Assembly (NCBI RefSeq): GCF_009914755.1
Contig: NC_060943.1
DNA: 64,000 nucleotides
From: the human T2T-CHM13v2.0 reference genome, Homo sapiens
Reading direction: 5' to 3' (one strand)
Position 1 is the first letter of the stretch; each line of letters starts with the position of its first letter. Shown one piece after another: positions 1-22,610 of this stretch. The notes under the pieces are model-generated. The model saw only the letters and a program-made list of their open reading frames with translations, was not told the DNA's origin and did no database searches. The position numbers were made by a program, and so were the translations under genes.

Positions 1-69
1 GGCGCGGGGCGGGCGGCGCAGACCCAGGGGCGCGGGCTTCATGCCCCAGCCGTGCCCCCTGTCCCGCAG

Positions 70-152
70 AAAGACGCCCCGATCCGGACGCTGGTGCAGC
101 GCATCCACCAGCTGCAGGCTGAGCGCGCGCAGGGCTTCCGCCGACTGGAGGA
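70..152 (+). CDS. REX1BD: REX1BD (C19orf60) exon 2; exon 1 lies upstream of the window
   Basis: cgcag|AAAGAC acceptor and GA|gtgagt donor; encodes [27 protein letters not shown](E), recognised as C19orf60/REX1BD. Confidence 0.92.
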
Positions 153-487
153 GTGAGTGGGAGCGCGGAGGGGCTCAGGGTTCGGTCCCCCGCCCGCTCC
201 GGGCGTGGGCGTGTTCTCGGCGGGCGTGCCTGGAGGAGGAGCTGGGTCCTTGTGCGGCTGCAGAGTCAGATGGGGCGGGGATTTCGGGGCACCGGGTCCT
301 CACCTTCACGAGAAAGGCCCCACAGCACGTCCCCACTACCCGACGACTCACTCTTCGTGGCTTCTCTCTCCTCCCCAAGAGCAGGGGTGGGCCTGTCTCG
401 CGTTCCCCTGCGGGAGTCAGGAAGCGTCCTTCCTACCTACCAGTCCTCCCCTCTGGTGTCTGGGGACACTTCCTGGGGGCCTTTCAG

Positions 488-758
488 GTGGTTGGCGCCG
501 GTGCAGGGCCTGAGAGCCTGGGGGCGCGGCCTCAGGGTCCCCACATGCCGCAGAGGCCACCGCCAGTACCTGCGCAGCGGCCCTGACTACGACTTCGCGC
601 GCTACCGGAGCACAGTGCACGGGGTGACCCAGGCCTTCGCCGCCGCCTCGCGGGAGGTGCTGGCGGTGGAAGCAGAGCTGGGCGGGCCTCGCAGGCAGCC
701 GCTGCTCGCCGGCCACGTGCGCAGCCTGCAGGAGCTGGAGCAGACGCGGCTGGGCACG
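488..758 (+). CDS. REX1BD: REX1BD exon 3 (long form from 488; in-frame alternative acceptor at 554)
   Basis: tttcag|G at 488 or cgcag|A at 554, donor ACG|gtgagg; encodes ([22 protein letters not shown])[17 protein letters not shown]...LEQTRLGT. Confidence 0.9.
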
Positions 759-1284
759 GTGAGGCCACCACCCCTTCCCCGCCGTGTCTCTAGGACCCTG
801 GCCGGCTCCTCTCATGACGCACCCCTGGTTGGGGGGTGGTCCCAGTACCCCATACACAGACCTCACCCCTTCCTGTCCCACCCCAATCCTCTATTAAGGC
901 TTCACTTGGGGATTCTCGGACCTTGCCCTCTGCTGTTCATCCCCAATTTTTTTCCCAAGTTTTGTCCTTATTCCCAGAGCACTCCCGCTTTCTCCCAGCT
1001 CCGCCTAAATGCTATTCCAAGATGCCCAGATCCCGCCCCAACAATGCTCCACCCACTCTGGTTGTTCCGCGTCTAGGGTCCCACCCTCAACCTCCCGTAG
1101 ATACAGGCGAGGGGGGTCCCAGGCCACGCCTCTCCGTATTATTCCTCCATCACAGCTTTAGTTCTTTGCCTATTTCTCTCTTGCGATCCGCCTGCTCGGC
1201 CCTGCAACCGTGTGTGACTGGAATTCCTAGGCCACGCCCCCCATGAGCGACCCGTCTCAGCGTCTCTTTGGCCTTTTTCTTTCT

Positions 1285-1285
<1 letters not shown>

Positions 1286-1317
<32 letters not shown>

Positions 1318-1587
1318 CAGGCTCTTGCTCTCTCACCCAGGCTAGAGTGCAATGGCGCGATCTCGGCTAACGGCAACCTCCGCCTCCCAGATTCAAGCGA
1401 TTCTCCTGCCTCAGCCTCCTGAGTAGCTGGGATTACAGGCATAATTTTTGTATTTTGTATTTTTTTTAGTAGAGACGGGGTTGTGCCATATGGGCAAGGC
1501 TGGTCTCGAACTCCTGGTCTCAAGCGATCCGCCCTCTTCTGCTTCCCGAAGTGCTGGGATTTCAGGCGTGAGCCACCGCGTCCAGGC
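1286..1587 (-). mobile_element. Alu
   Basis: poly-T then reverse Alu consensus; internally deleted. Confidence 0.9.
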
Positions 1588-1920
1588 TTTTTGGCCTACT
1601 TTTATCCTGGGTCCCCGTCCCTGGGACCATGAGGCGCAACCTAACCCACCCCTACGGCCAATGCCTGGCTAATACGTCACTGTTGTTCCCAGGCCACGCC
1701 CACATCGCGCTCAGCACTGCCTCTGGCCTGCCTGCTGTCTCCTTTCTGAGAGAGCTTCTAAACTGAATTTCGGACTCTTCCTACACAAAGCACTGCCCCT
1801 CGTGGTTCTACCCGGGCACTGCCTTTCTGGGTGCCTCTGTTTTTTCCTGAACATCCTTGGAGGGCAGGGGGTGGGTTCTGCTCGTGGAGACATCCTTCGT
1901 GTTGCTCATTCCCCCACCAG

Positions 1921-2000
1921 GTGGCCCTGCTGCAGTTGATGGAGACGCCAGAGCTGGCGGGGCAGGAGGACGCTGTACGGATGCAGCAGCTGAAAATGAA
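1921..2000 (+). CDS. REX1BD: REX1BD exon 4
   Basis: ccaccag|GTG acceptor, AA|gtgagc donor; [26 protein letters not shown](K); frame continuous. Confidence 0.92.
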
Positions 2001-2346
2001 GTGAGCGCTGCTGCCCAAGCCGCCTGGCTATGCTCGATTTGCACCAGGGTTGGCACGGTCAGGACGCTGCCAGCAGAGGAACCCTCTGCCAGTGCACAAT
2101 GGTGTTCTCACCTGGTGGCCCTCAGATGTACACTTCCCCAGAGGGCACAGCCGTGAAACTTCACATCAGTTTCGCTGTGCATTGCTGGGACACTGCTGTA
2201 TACCTCGACACATGCCAATCCTGCACACGTGGCTGTCCGTGGAGCTTGGACATGCCCCACTGAGCACAGACCTTCAGATGCCTGTCCTCAGCCCCCAAGC
2301 ACACACACTCATGTACACACACATTTGACAAAGTCACACTTCATAA

Positions 2347-2961
<615 letters not shown>

Positions 2962-3174
2962 AGATGGCCTTTTCTCTCAGCCCACTGTGACCTATGGGGC
3001 CACCCCTTCTCCCTAGCACCTAAGTGTTCCCTCTTGCTGCTAGTGCTGCCTGGAGGTTTGGCGGCGGGCAGGAGGGCCTGGGGCTCACCACAGCCACAGC
3101 CCTCTTGCAGCTTCGCGGCAGCAGCTAATTCACCCCATCTGGGTTTTATTTATAGTTCCCATCCGCTCTTGTAG

Positions 3175-3247
3175 GGTAATTAAAACCATGGAGGCGATCA
3201 GCGAGGTTCTCCAGGACCTTAGGTTTGATGCGGAATCTGCCGAGTGA
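3175..3247 (+). CDS. REX1BD: REX1BD last coding exon
   Basis: ttgtag|G acceptor; [23 protein letters not shown] then TGA at 3245-3247. Confidence 0.92.
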
Positions 3248-3382
3248 TGGCGGCTCCCCAGGGATGCGCCGAGGGAGATGGGAAACGGGGCGGATGGCGC
3301 CCAGCCCAGCCCTAACTGCCAGCTGGCTGGGGTCGCGCCCCACTGCGCTGCTGACCTTCCTGCAGTTCCAGACACCTCCCAC

Positions 3383-3388
3383 AATAAA
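3383..3388 (+). terminator. REX1BD: REX1BD polyadenylation signal
   Basis: AATAAA ~135 nt after the stop codon. Confidence 0.8.
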
Positions 3389-3516
3389 GAGCTCCTCCTC
3401 TGTAGCCGCTCTGCCATCTCTGTGTACAAGGGTGCTGCAGCCAGTGTGCCTAGGGAGGGGGCCCCCACAGGGCCAGGGATTGTGGGTAGAAGACTCCCAC
3501 CCTCCCTAGAAACTGA

Positions 3517-4110
<594 letters not shown>

Positions 4111-4318
4111 AGCTCAGGTATTTTGAATCACATTCTCCAAGGAGTTCAGAATCAGACCTTGCAAATACTGGATAGACAGTCTGAAGTCCTGGGAGGTGAA
4201 AATTCTAATCTCAAAGGGTCATTAAGACGCCTCACATTCCCCTCAAATCTCACAGCCCCCACCCCAGGCCAGGCAGGCCCCAAACTCACCTTCACAATCA
4301 CAGCACCTAAATAGCTCA

Positions 4319-4324
4319 TTTATT
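4319..4324 (-). terminator. CRLF1: CRLF1 polyadenylation signal
   Basis: tttatt on + (AATAAA on -), ~310 nt after the CRLF1 stop. Confidence 0.8.
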
Positions 4325-4631
4325 TAAAAGGACTCTTTTGGAGGGGCCCTAGGTAATGGGGAGTAATGACTCCCCTTCTCACCCCCAGCCCTGGCAGGGG
4401 TTCTAGGCAACTCAACCAACCCTCACACACACACACACACCCACTGGGGTGCACCCAAAGGTGGCCTCACGTGGGAGTCAGAGCTGTTATGGCCGTTGGA
4501 GCTCAGGGGCCACCCCAGCTCCTGCTGAGGGTGGCTCAGGTGCCCTGAAGTGAGGGTACAGAGGTGGCCCCAGTTTGGGTTCGGCCTCTGCGTCTCCACG
4601 TGGCAGGGAGGGTGGCCTGAGCCCCTACAGC

Positions 4632-4645
4632 TTATCTGGCAGGAC
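4632..4645 (-). CDS. CRLF1: CRLF1 exon 9 coding part
   Basis: tgcag|GTCCTGCCAGATAA; (G)PAR-stop; exon lengths 115+282+130+170+158+169+188+43+14 = 1269 nt = 422 aa. Confidence 0.92.
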
Positions 4646-5129
4646 CTGCAGGCAGAGGGGAAGCCAAGCTAAGCAGGGAGTCCAGGAGAGGGCCGCACCA
4701 CAGAGCCACTGAAGGAGGCTTCATTCGTGTCCTGTCCCCACCGCTTCTGGCTGTGTGACTTTGGGCAGGGTCCTGCCCCTCTCTGGGCCTTGGCGAGGCT
4801 ATCTGAGCTGCAGGTAAAGCACTTGGCGCGGAGCCAGTATGCAGTAGGCGCCCATGCGTGCTAACTAGGGTGAGTATGTTCATTCATTTCGGAGGAGATT
4901 CCACTTCGGACATTTTCAGGGCATTGAATGTTCTTAGGCTAAAGGAGACAATGCCAGTTATACAGTAAGTGCTAAGTAAATGCTGATGAATAACAAAGGA
5001 AGAGGACGGATTCCATCTCAGCGACTCTAAGGCTGGGGTTGGGAGGCGTGGGGGTGTGAACAAGACCTGCAGCCACCGGAAGGGGCCCTCCCCTTGCTCC
5101 CTCCCGCCCACCCATTCAGGCCCACCTTA

Positions 5130-6410
<1,281 letters not shown>

Positions 6411-6980
6411 CTGAACCTGGAGGGGCCCAGGATAGGGGCTGGGGAGCTGGCTGGAGCCTGACTCTACCCCTCCCTAGCTCTGGGACCCTCTCTGGGCCTC
6501 AGTTTCCCTATCATCTCACGAGCCAGAGTGAGCTTGGTCTTCCCGGTGAACTAAGTTTAGACCTGTGTGACCTCCTAGAGCCTCAGTGTCCTCACCTGAG
6601 AAAAAGCGGCCTCCCTTGCAGTGAAACCCTGGGGGGATGGGACAATAAGTACCTCCATGCCAACTGCCTGCAAACACTTAGGTGGCACCCACCATGTGGG
6701 CACTTGCCACAAATTATGTCATCCAACCCTCATAACAGCCCAAGGCAAGTGGGATTCTCGACCCCACCTTCCAGATGGGGAAACGGAGGCCAGACATTCC
6801 AAGTAACAGCTTTCGTTTCATTTCACAAAAGAGAGACTAGAGGCCTGTGGACCCGGAGAAATCCCAGACAGCAAGAGGAAGCAGACCTAGGCACCTAATC
6901 ATTCCCATCCCCCTGCCTTGATCAGAAGGAGAAATTGAGGCCCATCAAAGTGGGAGTTGGCAGCCCATTGGCCTTAGAAG

Positions 6981-7297
6981 CAGGGGTCTCAAACTCACTG
7001 GCCCCCTCTTAGGAGGGAGTCTGAGTGGCCAAAACAGACCAGATGGGGATGGGCAAATGGAGAGTGAGGGTCCTGAGAAGGGGAGACCACTGCTGGTGGG
7101 GGCTGTAGGCCATGCTGTTACATTTTCTAGATAATTTATTTTTCTAGGGAATCTAGGATATTTGTGTAAAAACTTCCTGGGTTTAAAATTTCTACTAGTT
7201 GGTCAAACTTTTTTTTTGTTTTCCAAACAACAGGCCAAAGAAAATAGATCCAAGGGCCACATTCAGCTCTGGGGGGGCCACCAGTTTGAGACTTCTA
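6981..7297. mobile_element. hAT-Charlie non-autonomous element (MER102-like)
   Basis: imperfect terminal inverted repeats caggggtctcaaact / agtttgagacttcta; ~320 bp; interior resembles recalled MER102 consensus. Confidence 0.6.
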
Positions 7298-7315
7298 CTC
7301 TCTCGGAGACAATCA

Positions 7316-7620
<305 letters not shown>

Positions 7621-7687
7621 AGGAAACAGAGGCTCTAGCTGGTTTCGGACTGGCCGCTGGATCACCCAGCCCTAGGAGGGTGCTCAC

Positions 7688-7856
7688 CACTGCGGGGAGT
7701 GGAGGCGGCTGTGGGGTGGCTCCACTCACTCCAGATCCCGGCTTTCTTGGAGCCATAGATGCCAAAGGGGTTGCAGCGCACTTGCACGAAGTACACGGTG
7801 CCGGGTTTCAGGCCGGCCAGGCGGCAGGAGGTCTGGTTGCTCACATCGTCCACCAC
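7688..7856 (-). CDS. CRLF1: CRLF1 exon 6 (FnIII domain, WSXWS motif)
   Basis: [56 protein letters not shown]; WSEWS is the class I cytokine receptor signature; AG/GT boundaries. Confidence 0.97.
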
Positions 7857-7897
7857 CTGGACAGTGAGGACAAGGTCAGAGTAGAGGGCGGGGCCTA

Positions 7898-8197
<300 letters not shown>

Positions 8198-8296
8198 CTA
8201 GATGGAACCTGCCTCTGTTTTCCTCCTCCTCCCTCTGCCCCCACCCCCAGGACTGGTGGATTACACGATAATATTGGAGAAACACTCAGCACCTAA

Positions 8297-8805
<509 letters not shown>

Positions 8806-9344
8806 CTCCCTTCCACTCTTACTGAAATCTTTGATGTGACATTTTGCTGGGTGCAGAGAAGCAACTGAGGCTTAGAACTTTCCCACTGTAGCGTTAGGAT
8901 GTGGGGAAGAGTGAGGCAGGCTGCGGGGGCAGGGATGGGGGCTACAACCCAGGCGTATGTGTGTGTTGGGGGGTTCTGAGGATCCTTCTGGGGGCCCCTG
9001 AGGGCAGCAGGGTGAGCTGGCCTCTCCCCCTGAGGCCTTGGTGAGGGGCCTAAAGGGTTAAGGCACAGGCCTGCTTGGGGCTGAGAAACACCCTAATTAG
9101 ATTAGGCTCAATTCTGCTCACAGATCATCCATTTCCTGCCTCCCGCCCTGCGCCCCCCAGCTCCAGGCCTCAGCTTCCTGGGGCGCCTCCCGACCTGGGC
9201 GCCCCCTCCCCTCTCCCCAGGGCCCCCTCCTGCACACCTGGGCTGCCGAGGGGGTGGTGGCCAGGCCAGGTGTTCTCTGTGGAGTGGGGGTATCCTGGCT
9301 GTTTCTGGGGGCTGCGGACTGATGAGCGGATGCTCAGCTACTTA

Positions 9345-9770
<426 letters not shown>

Positions 9771-9832
9771 TCAGAGAGGGTCCGCGTTGGTCAAGGTCAC
9801 GCAGCCAGCCTGGGACACACACATCGCCCTCA

Positions 9833-10018
<186 letters not shown>

Positions 10019-10026
10019 CTAGCTGA

Positions 10027-10504
<478 letters not shown>

Positions 10505-10609
10505 TGAAAGACCTGCATAGCCATGCCAGTGTGCCCACAGCTCATCCCCAGGCCAGAAGGCCCACAATTCATGCCTCACTCCAGAGGGAGATGCCGCTCC
10601 CAAGAGCTA

Positions 10610-12780
<2,171 letters not shown>

Positions 12781-13394
12781 ACAGCACCATTTATTGAGCA
12801 CTTGTTGTGTTCTGAATACTGGGCTAAGACTACCTACATTTTCTCGGCCAATCCTGCTTATATGTTAAAGATGAAAAAACTCCGGCTCTGAAAGATGGAG
12901 TTTCCTTGCTGGAATGAGGGAAGGCCATACTAGTTAGGCCCAGATTTTCTGGTCTCCAAAGTTCTGTTCCACACTGCCTACCTCTGGAACTAAAGGCAGC
13001 CCTGGCAAACTGCACGTCCCCAACTCCCATCCAAAGGGACTTGACATCATCGCTGTTTCCCTCCACTCAGTTTTCCTCATCTGCAAAGTGAGAACGAGAA
13101 AGCTCTTTGTCTCCTGGGGTATTGTGAAAGTCAGAGGGGAAAGGACTTCCTGAACCAGGTTGTGTGTGAGTCAGGTACTAGGCACAGGAAACTTGGGGAC
13201 GCCCATGGGTGGTTGATGCCTCTCTCTCCTGCTGGCCATCAGGGCAGCCCAGGAGTTCCCCTTCTGGAGACCAGAACCTTGTCCATAGGGAAACCAAGGC
13301 CCAGAGGAGGAGGGGGTGCACAGGCCAACCTCCCAATGCCTCTCTGAGTCTCAGTTTCCCCATCTGGAAAGTGGACATCATGGCGTCAATGTCA

Positions 13395-14085
<691 letters not shown>

Positions 14086-14159
14086 TCAGTGTTTTACTTC
14101 TTTGAGCCTCTGGAAAGGGGCTTCTCGTTCCACACAGAGTGGTTGTAAAGACTCATCCA

Positions 14160-14640
14160 CGCCTTTGTTCGTTCACGCGTTCATCTATTCATTCACAGGG
14201 TACCTATAGTGTGTCCGGATCTGTGGGCACTGGGGTGATGCCCAAGACACACAAAAGTCCTGCCCTTGTGGGCATCAAATCCAAGGAAGCAGCAGGAAAA
14301 AGGAATAAATAAATATCTAAGACAATAACTAGGGGAGAAAGTAAAGCAGGGGCTGGAGGAAGACAGAGCAGCGGCAGAAGCTTGGGAGGCCTGTCTGGGG
14401 AGGTGACCTTTGAGCAGAGACCTGAATAAAGTAAGAGAAGTAGCTGTGACATTATCTAACAGAGCATGTCCAGGCAGTGGGAGCTGCAAGTGCCAAGGTC
14501 CTGGGGCAGAAGCGTTGGGAAATGAGGTTTGAGAGGTCAGAGACCCTGACCTGCAGGGAGGAGGGATTCCAGGGTTCTCAGCCGGGGAGGGAGGGATGCG
14601 GTGAGATATGCGTTAAAAGGACTCCCCAGGCGGCTGGAAG
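14160..14640. mobile_element. L2 3' fragment
   Basis: cattcatt-like end; ggaggtgacctttgagcagagacctgaat and tgccaaggtcctgggg L2 motifs. Confidence 0.6.
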
Positions 14641-14749
14641 AAGGGACTGCAGGAGGCAGGGGCAGCCCAGCTTCGCAGAGATGGCAGCCAAGGACAGGGT
14701 GATCCTGGCCCCCAGGGAGGCCCCCTGAATGCCAGCGCTGCCCTGCACT

Positions 14750-15400
14750 TGCCCTCACTGCCCCAGATGGGCGAGGTGGGGTGGACACGGTTCTTGGGCC
14801 GGCCCTGATGATTTTCCGGGGCAAACTTGGCTCGAGGGCTCTGTCTCGCTGGAGCCTGGAATCGCAGTTGCGCTTGGGGCTTGGCCCAGGGCTCGCCGGA
14901 GGTCTCCGCGTCCGTGCGAAGGAGCCGGCTGAGCGGGCCAGAGCCGAGGAGGCGGGGGCGGCCGAGGGGGGCGGGGGGCTGGGGGCCAGGGGACCGCCCT
15001 GGAGGTCCCAGGCAGCCAGCCGCCCGCTAATTCGGAATTCCTTTTGCATGAACTCGGGTGTGCCAGCGTCTCTGCCCCGGCCCACCCACCGCTTCCTGCC
15101 TGGGCCCCCCCAACAGAGTGGGAGGCACGGCCAGGCCTGCCCAGACCCCAGGCCCCTCTCAGCCCTTCTAGAGTGGGTCTCACTCCTCCTGCCCCCACCA
15201 CCCGCCAGCTTGGCCTGGGCAGGAAGGGGCTCTCTGGGGGGTCCTGGCTGGGGGGCGCTGCCCCTCTGCCACACCCGCCTGGCCTGGGCCGGCGTGGCTC
15301 ACTTGCCAGCAGCTGCAGCTGCCCTCCCGGGGCTGGGCGGGGGACACCGGGCGGCGACGGGTTGTAGGGGGAAGGCAAGGCCAGGAGGGCCTGGACAGAC
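14750..15400. promoter_or_regulatory. CpG-rich patch in CRLF1 intron 1
   Basis: non-repetitive, high CpG and G-run density. Confidence 0.5.
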
Positions 15401-16249
15401 CAATCTCCCACCCCCTTAGCCCCAGCCGGTAAGGTCAGAAGGACACTTTCTCCTCCCGGGATATGGGCGCAACACCAGTGGGAGAACCTGGCCAATTGAC
15501 TTCCCCTCTCCAGTTCTCAATTTTCTCCTCCATAAAATGGGAGGAGAAATACGTTCTACTTGCTGGGGAGATCAATGAGATGTGATTGCAATCCAATGTC
15601 CAGAGGGCTCAGAAGCCTGAAGCCCCCAGGAGCTGCAAAGATGACAGCCCCTCCCAGCTCTGGGGTCCCGGCTGACTAGGCACTCCCTCCAGGCCTCCAC
15701 AAACAATGGGCTAAGGCGCTGGGGACAGAGATGCACGCACTCCAGGCCAGGCAGGGGAGCAGCTGGGAACAGCCCACTGAGCCGGAGTTGGTGGGGGCTT
15801 GGCTTGGTTTGGAGGGCCTCCTAGGGCTCCCCAAAGCAGATCCCTAGGTTGGGCTTTTGAACAGCTCCCTTTTCACTCCCTGCCTCCCCTCCTTTCCCGC
15901 AGAGCTGGGGCCTTTAAAAGTTTTTTCTCTCCTCTTTTCCCAATCTGGAGCCACTGCCGTTATTAAAAAGGAACACCATGTGTTTTAAAAGGGAAAAGTG
16001 TGAGATTCTCTGCAAGCAGGGCGGAAGGGTGGCCTCCATCCCAGGGTCCCCACGGGGGTCGCCATCTCCCGTCTCGCTGGTACCTGCAGACACTTTACGA
16101 CCCACCCGCCTGCTGGTCAGGTGCTAAGACACACCGTAAGTAGAAACATATTGCCGAGGTGTGAGAATCTTTTATTTAATTTCTTCCCCCCTTAAAGGAA
16201 AAAACACACTTACAGTGCCCCCCCACCCCCTACACCTTCGCCTGCTGCT

Positions 16250-19150
<2,901 letters not shown>

Positions 19151-19699
19151 CCTTTTCCAGGAGTCCCTTAGAGGCCTGGATTCTCTCTCCTGGTCCCCAA
19201 CCAGCCAAGGGGGTAAAAGTGTCTGAGGGGGGCTCAGGAGCCCCCATTTGTCTGCCCAAGACTGAAGCCCCACCCTCTCCTACTTAAATCTCCAGTTCAG
19301 ACTCCAGACTGTCAAAAAACAAGATTGGGGGATGGGAGCCTATAGGGGCCCAGGGCGCCCCTGCTCCATCTGAATTCTGGATGGAGAAGACAGACAAGGA
19401 GAGACGCTGCCATTTACTTCGGGAAACCAGGCCTTTTGTGCCTCAGTTTCTTCCTCTGCACAGTGGGCACCACCCAGTCTAGGAGCTTCTGTGGGAAGAC
19501 GCAGGGCAGCAGAAGTCTCTACAATCCAAGCCCTTAGCACAGCACTGGAGGATATCCTGGAGCAGAGGTGACCCCCAGCCCTGCTTGTCCCCTCTGAAAC
19601 ATGGAGCCATAGTCCCACCTGCCAGGGGACCCAGAGGGTTAAGTGGAGGTGGCAGTCCTTGGCTGGAATTGAGTTTTTAGGATACTCACCACTACTCCC

Positions 19700-20460
19700 C
19701 CATGGCTCCTGTCTGCAGATGCTCTCTGTGTGGATAGAGACGCCTCACTCCCTCCTGGGAGGACTTCAGGCTTCTGGAGCAAAACCTTGATTTTTTCCTC
19801 CCTCCATTTCTGCTTCTCTTCCAGTCATTTTGGTTTTGGGAAAGGGCTCTCCCATCCATCCAGGTGCTCAGGCCAGAGACCTGGAAGCGCACGTGACAAC
19901 TCTCTCCTTTGCTCATCCCTCATGTCCAATTCATCAGCAAATCCTGTTGGCTCTGATTCTAAAACACATCTCCATTCTGAGATGCTGACCCCTTCTTCCC
20001 ACCCCATTCAGATCCAGGCCCCACGGTCTCCCTCAGGGATGCTTCCCGGCCTCCTCCAGGGCCTCCCTGATAACCCTTCTGCCTTTCTCGGCACACCAGG
20101 CAGAGGGAGCTTTTAAAAGAAGAAAAAGCAGATCTTTGTCCTGCCACCCTCTCGCCATCCTCTCCCCTCCTCTTCTTCCCTCTCCTCTTCCCCCTCCTCT
20201 CCCTCATTCCGCCCCAGCCACTGGAGCCCTGTTTCCCAAAACATACCAGGCTTGTTACTATAGAAGGGCCTCTGCGTGTTGGCTGTTCCCTCTGCTGGAA
20301 TGCTGTTCCCCACATCTTCCCCAGTTGGCCCTTTCTCTTCCATCACTTCACAGGATTAGTGCCACCTCCTCAGAGAGGCCCTCCACCCTTCCCCCAGCAC
20401 TCTCCCTCTCCTTCACTTTGTTTTATTGTTTTTGAAACACAACTCTTCCAACCATTTCAT
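19700..20460. mobile_element. L2 fragment(s)
   Basis: aaaaccttgattttt, ccaattcatcagcaaatcctgttggctc, ggctgttccctctgctggaatgc, cctcctcagagaggcc. Confidence 0.6.
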
Positions 20461-22329
20461 TTCTTGTGCAACTGATTTTCTTTAGACTGTGGGCAGCCTC
20501 AGCCCCTTTGGACCCCAGTGGTGGGCCCAGTGAGGGCTGAAAGCGAAGCACTCACTAAATATTTGTAAAAGTAAAGGATGGAGAACTCTTACTCCCTCCA
20601 AGTAGCAAGAAAACTCAGTCCTAGCAAGTCATGCTGCCTGGGGTCCTAGCCTGGCCCACACTCTGTGTCTTGCTGTGTGACCCTAGCCAGTAGACATCCC
20701 TCTCTTGTTCTTACCAACAGAAGGGAAGGACCATTTTCCAATCCTGCCCAGCCCCACCCTGGAGTGTGACTTCTGCCCTTGGGTGATCTTTACCCCACAC
20801 CTTTGACTTCAGGGAAAGGGAATTGACCCCAGAGTGCATCCTTCCCGGCCCTTAGGGCCCCCAGAAGTTTAACCCTTTACTCCCCAGTTCCATTATCTCC
20901 TTGAGGACAAAAGGGAGCTAGCGTCAATGGAACTTCTGGCAAATATTGACCCAAGTCCTTGAAGTTGGCTGGGAATGTGTAAGGGGCAGAAGGAGGGAGG
21001 GCCTCCCCTTGGGCAGAGGGAGGGCCTCCCCTTGGGCTGGGGGAGGGACCCCTCCTTAGTCCTGCACCCTCCACTCCAAGGTCACCTCTGGATGAGAGGT
21101 ATTAGGTTGGGGGGGGGCCTCCATCCCCAGCTCCCTCGTGATTCCAGGGCACTGAGGGTGCACCAGGGAGGGGGCAGTGGAAATGGCACCTTCAGGGTCC
21201 TGTGGGGACCCACAACCACTGGGAGTGAGGAAGGCTGAGAGCTGCCTCTCCCATTCTGAAAGCCCCGTGCTCAGGGCTCCCCAGTATGGGATTAGCTACC
21301 TGGTGTTCCAGGCAGGTGCTTTCAGGAATTAAGGGGCAGTGAGGGTCTGGACACCTGGTTCAGGGTCTGTGGCACAGGAAAGTGGGGCCCGTGTGTACCT
21401 AGGCTTTATAATTTCTGCCCTGGAGGCTGAGCCTGGGGAGAAGCAATGCCTGGGTGCTCAGTGTAATGCACACTGGACTTCAGGCACTGGAGGCGGGACC
21501 TGGGGAGTTGCAGACCTGCCTAGGGGACCTGCCTGGGAAGTTGCAGGCCTGCCCCAGGGAGGCCAGTTTCCCTGCCCATCTGTACCCTGAGAAGCCTCTG
21601 AAGTCTGGGTCCCAGGAGGCACCAGCTGCTTTAGGGGGACAGCCACATCCCTCCGTCCTCCCCCAACAACCCTCAGCAACCACCACCGGCGCCATGGTGC
21701 TCTGCCTCCTCCCTGGCCTGTACCCTGCTTGGAGGTGGGGGTCAGCAGGGTCGTGGTGAGGGCGGCAAGGGACAAAGGGTGCTTGTCCGCTGCCCGCCTT
21801 GACCTCGGCTGCTGTGGCTTCCCGGACGCCTGGCCTGCCGCTGATTCACGCCCAGGCCGGCCTCAGCGCCCCCCGCCTGCCGCCCCCAGCCAGGCCGCCC
21901 CGGGGGGTAGGAAGTGGGGGGGGGGCGAGGGCGGCGCCGAGTCAACTTTCCCTCTTAAGCCCCGAAGGAATGTCGGCGGATTTCCTGAAACCCGACCCTG
22001 GCCGCCCGCCGGCCCTCCCGCCCCTCACCTGGACCGGCTCCCCCGGGAACAGCAGGAGGGGCGCGGGGGCTCACCTTGGGGGCCGGGGTCAAGTCCTCTT
22101 TCCGCTCACCCCCCCAGCGGCCTAGTGCAGCGGAAAGGGGGCTGGGTGTGCGGCAATCAGCCTCTTTCCCTTCTCCCCTCAGGCGACCTGGGTGATCGAC
22201 CCACTCCTCCAGCCTCAGTTTCTCCTTCTGCAAAAGGGCGCGGGGTGTCCCTCCTCCCTGATGCGTTTTAAGCAATGCCCAAAGGTCACCTCCCATCATT
22301 GGCAGGGCTCTGCCGGCTTTTCTTTGCTT

Positions 22330-22610
22330 CTCTCCCTGTCACCTGGACAGAACCACTTTGCAGTCTGAGCATCAGTTTCCTCACCCATATAAAAGGGCAA
22401 CGCTACCGGTACCTGTCTTATACGGTTGTTGCAAGAAAAAGTGTTTCGTTGGAATGAATGAAAGACAGTAATTGTGGAGGGGTTAGGCGCGCGCGGGCCT
22501 CTGGAATTAGCATGTGTGGGCTTGAATCCTGACTTTGCCAACGCGTCCCGGAGCCTAAGTTTCCCACCTGTGAAATGGGGGACAGTATTGGTCATAACGC
22601 ACAGGGCTGT
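22330..22610. mobile_element. MIR fragments
   Basis: tctgagcatcagtttcctcacccatataaa and cctaagtttcccacctgtgaaatgggg. Confidence 0.5.

Larger units (their letters stand above)
1..790. promoter_or_regulatory. CpG island over the 5' part of REX1BD
   Basis: very high GC and CpG density. Confidence 0.75.

Noticed and set aside
153-1076. 307-aa ORF spanning REX1BD exon 3
   Set aside because: Non-ATG start at a splice donor; exon plus intronic read-through.
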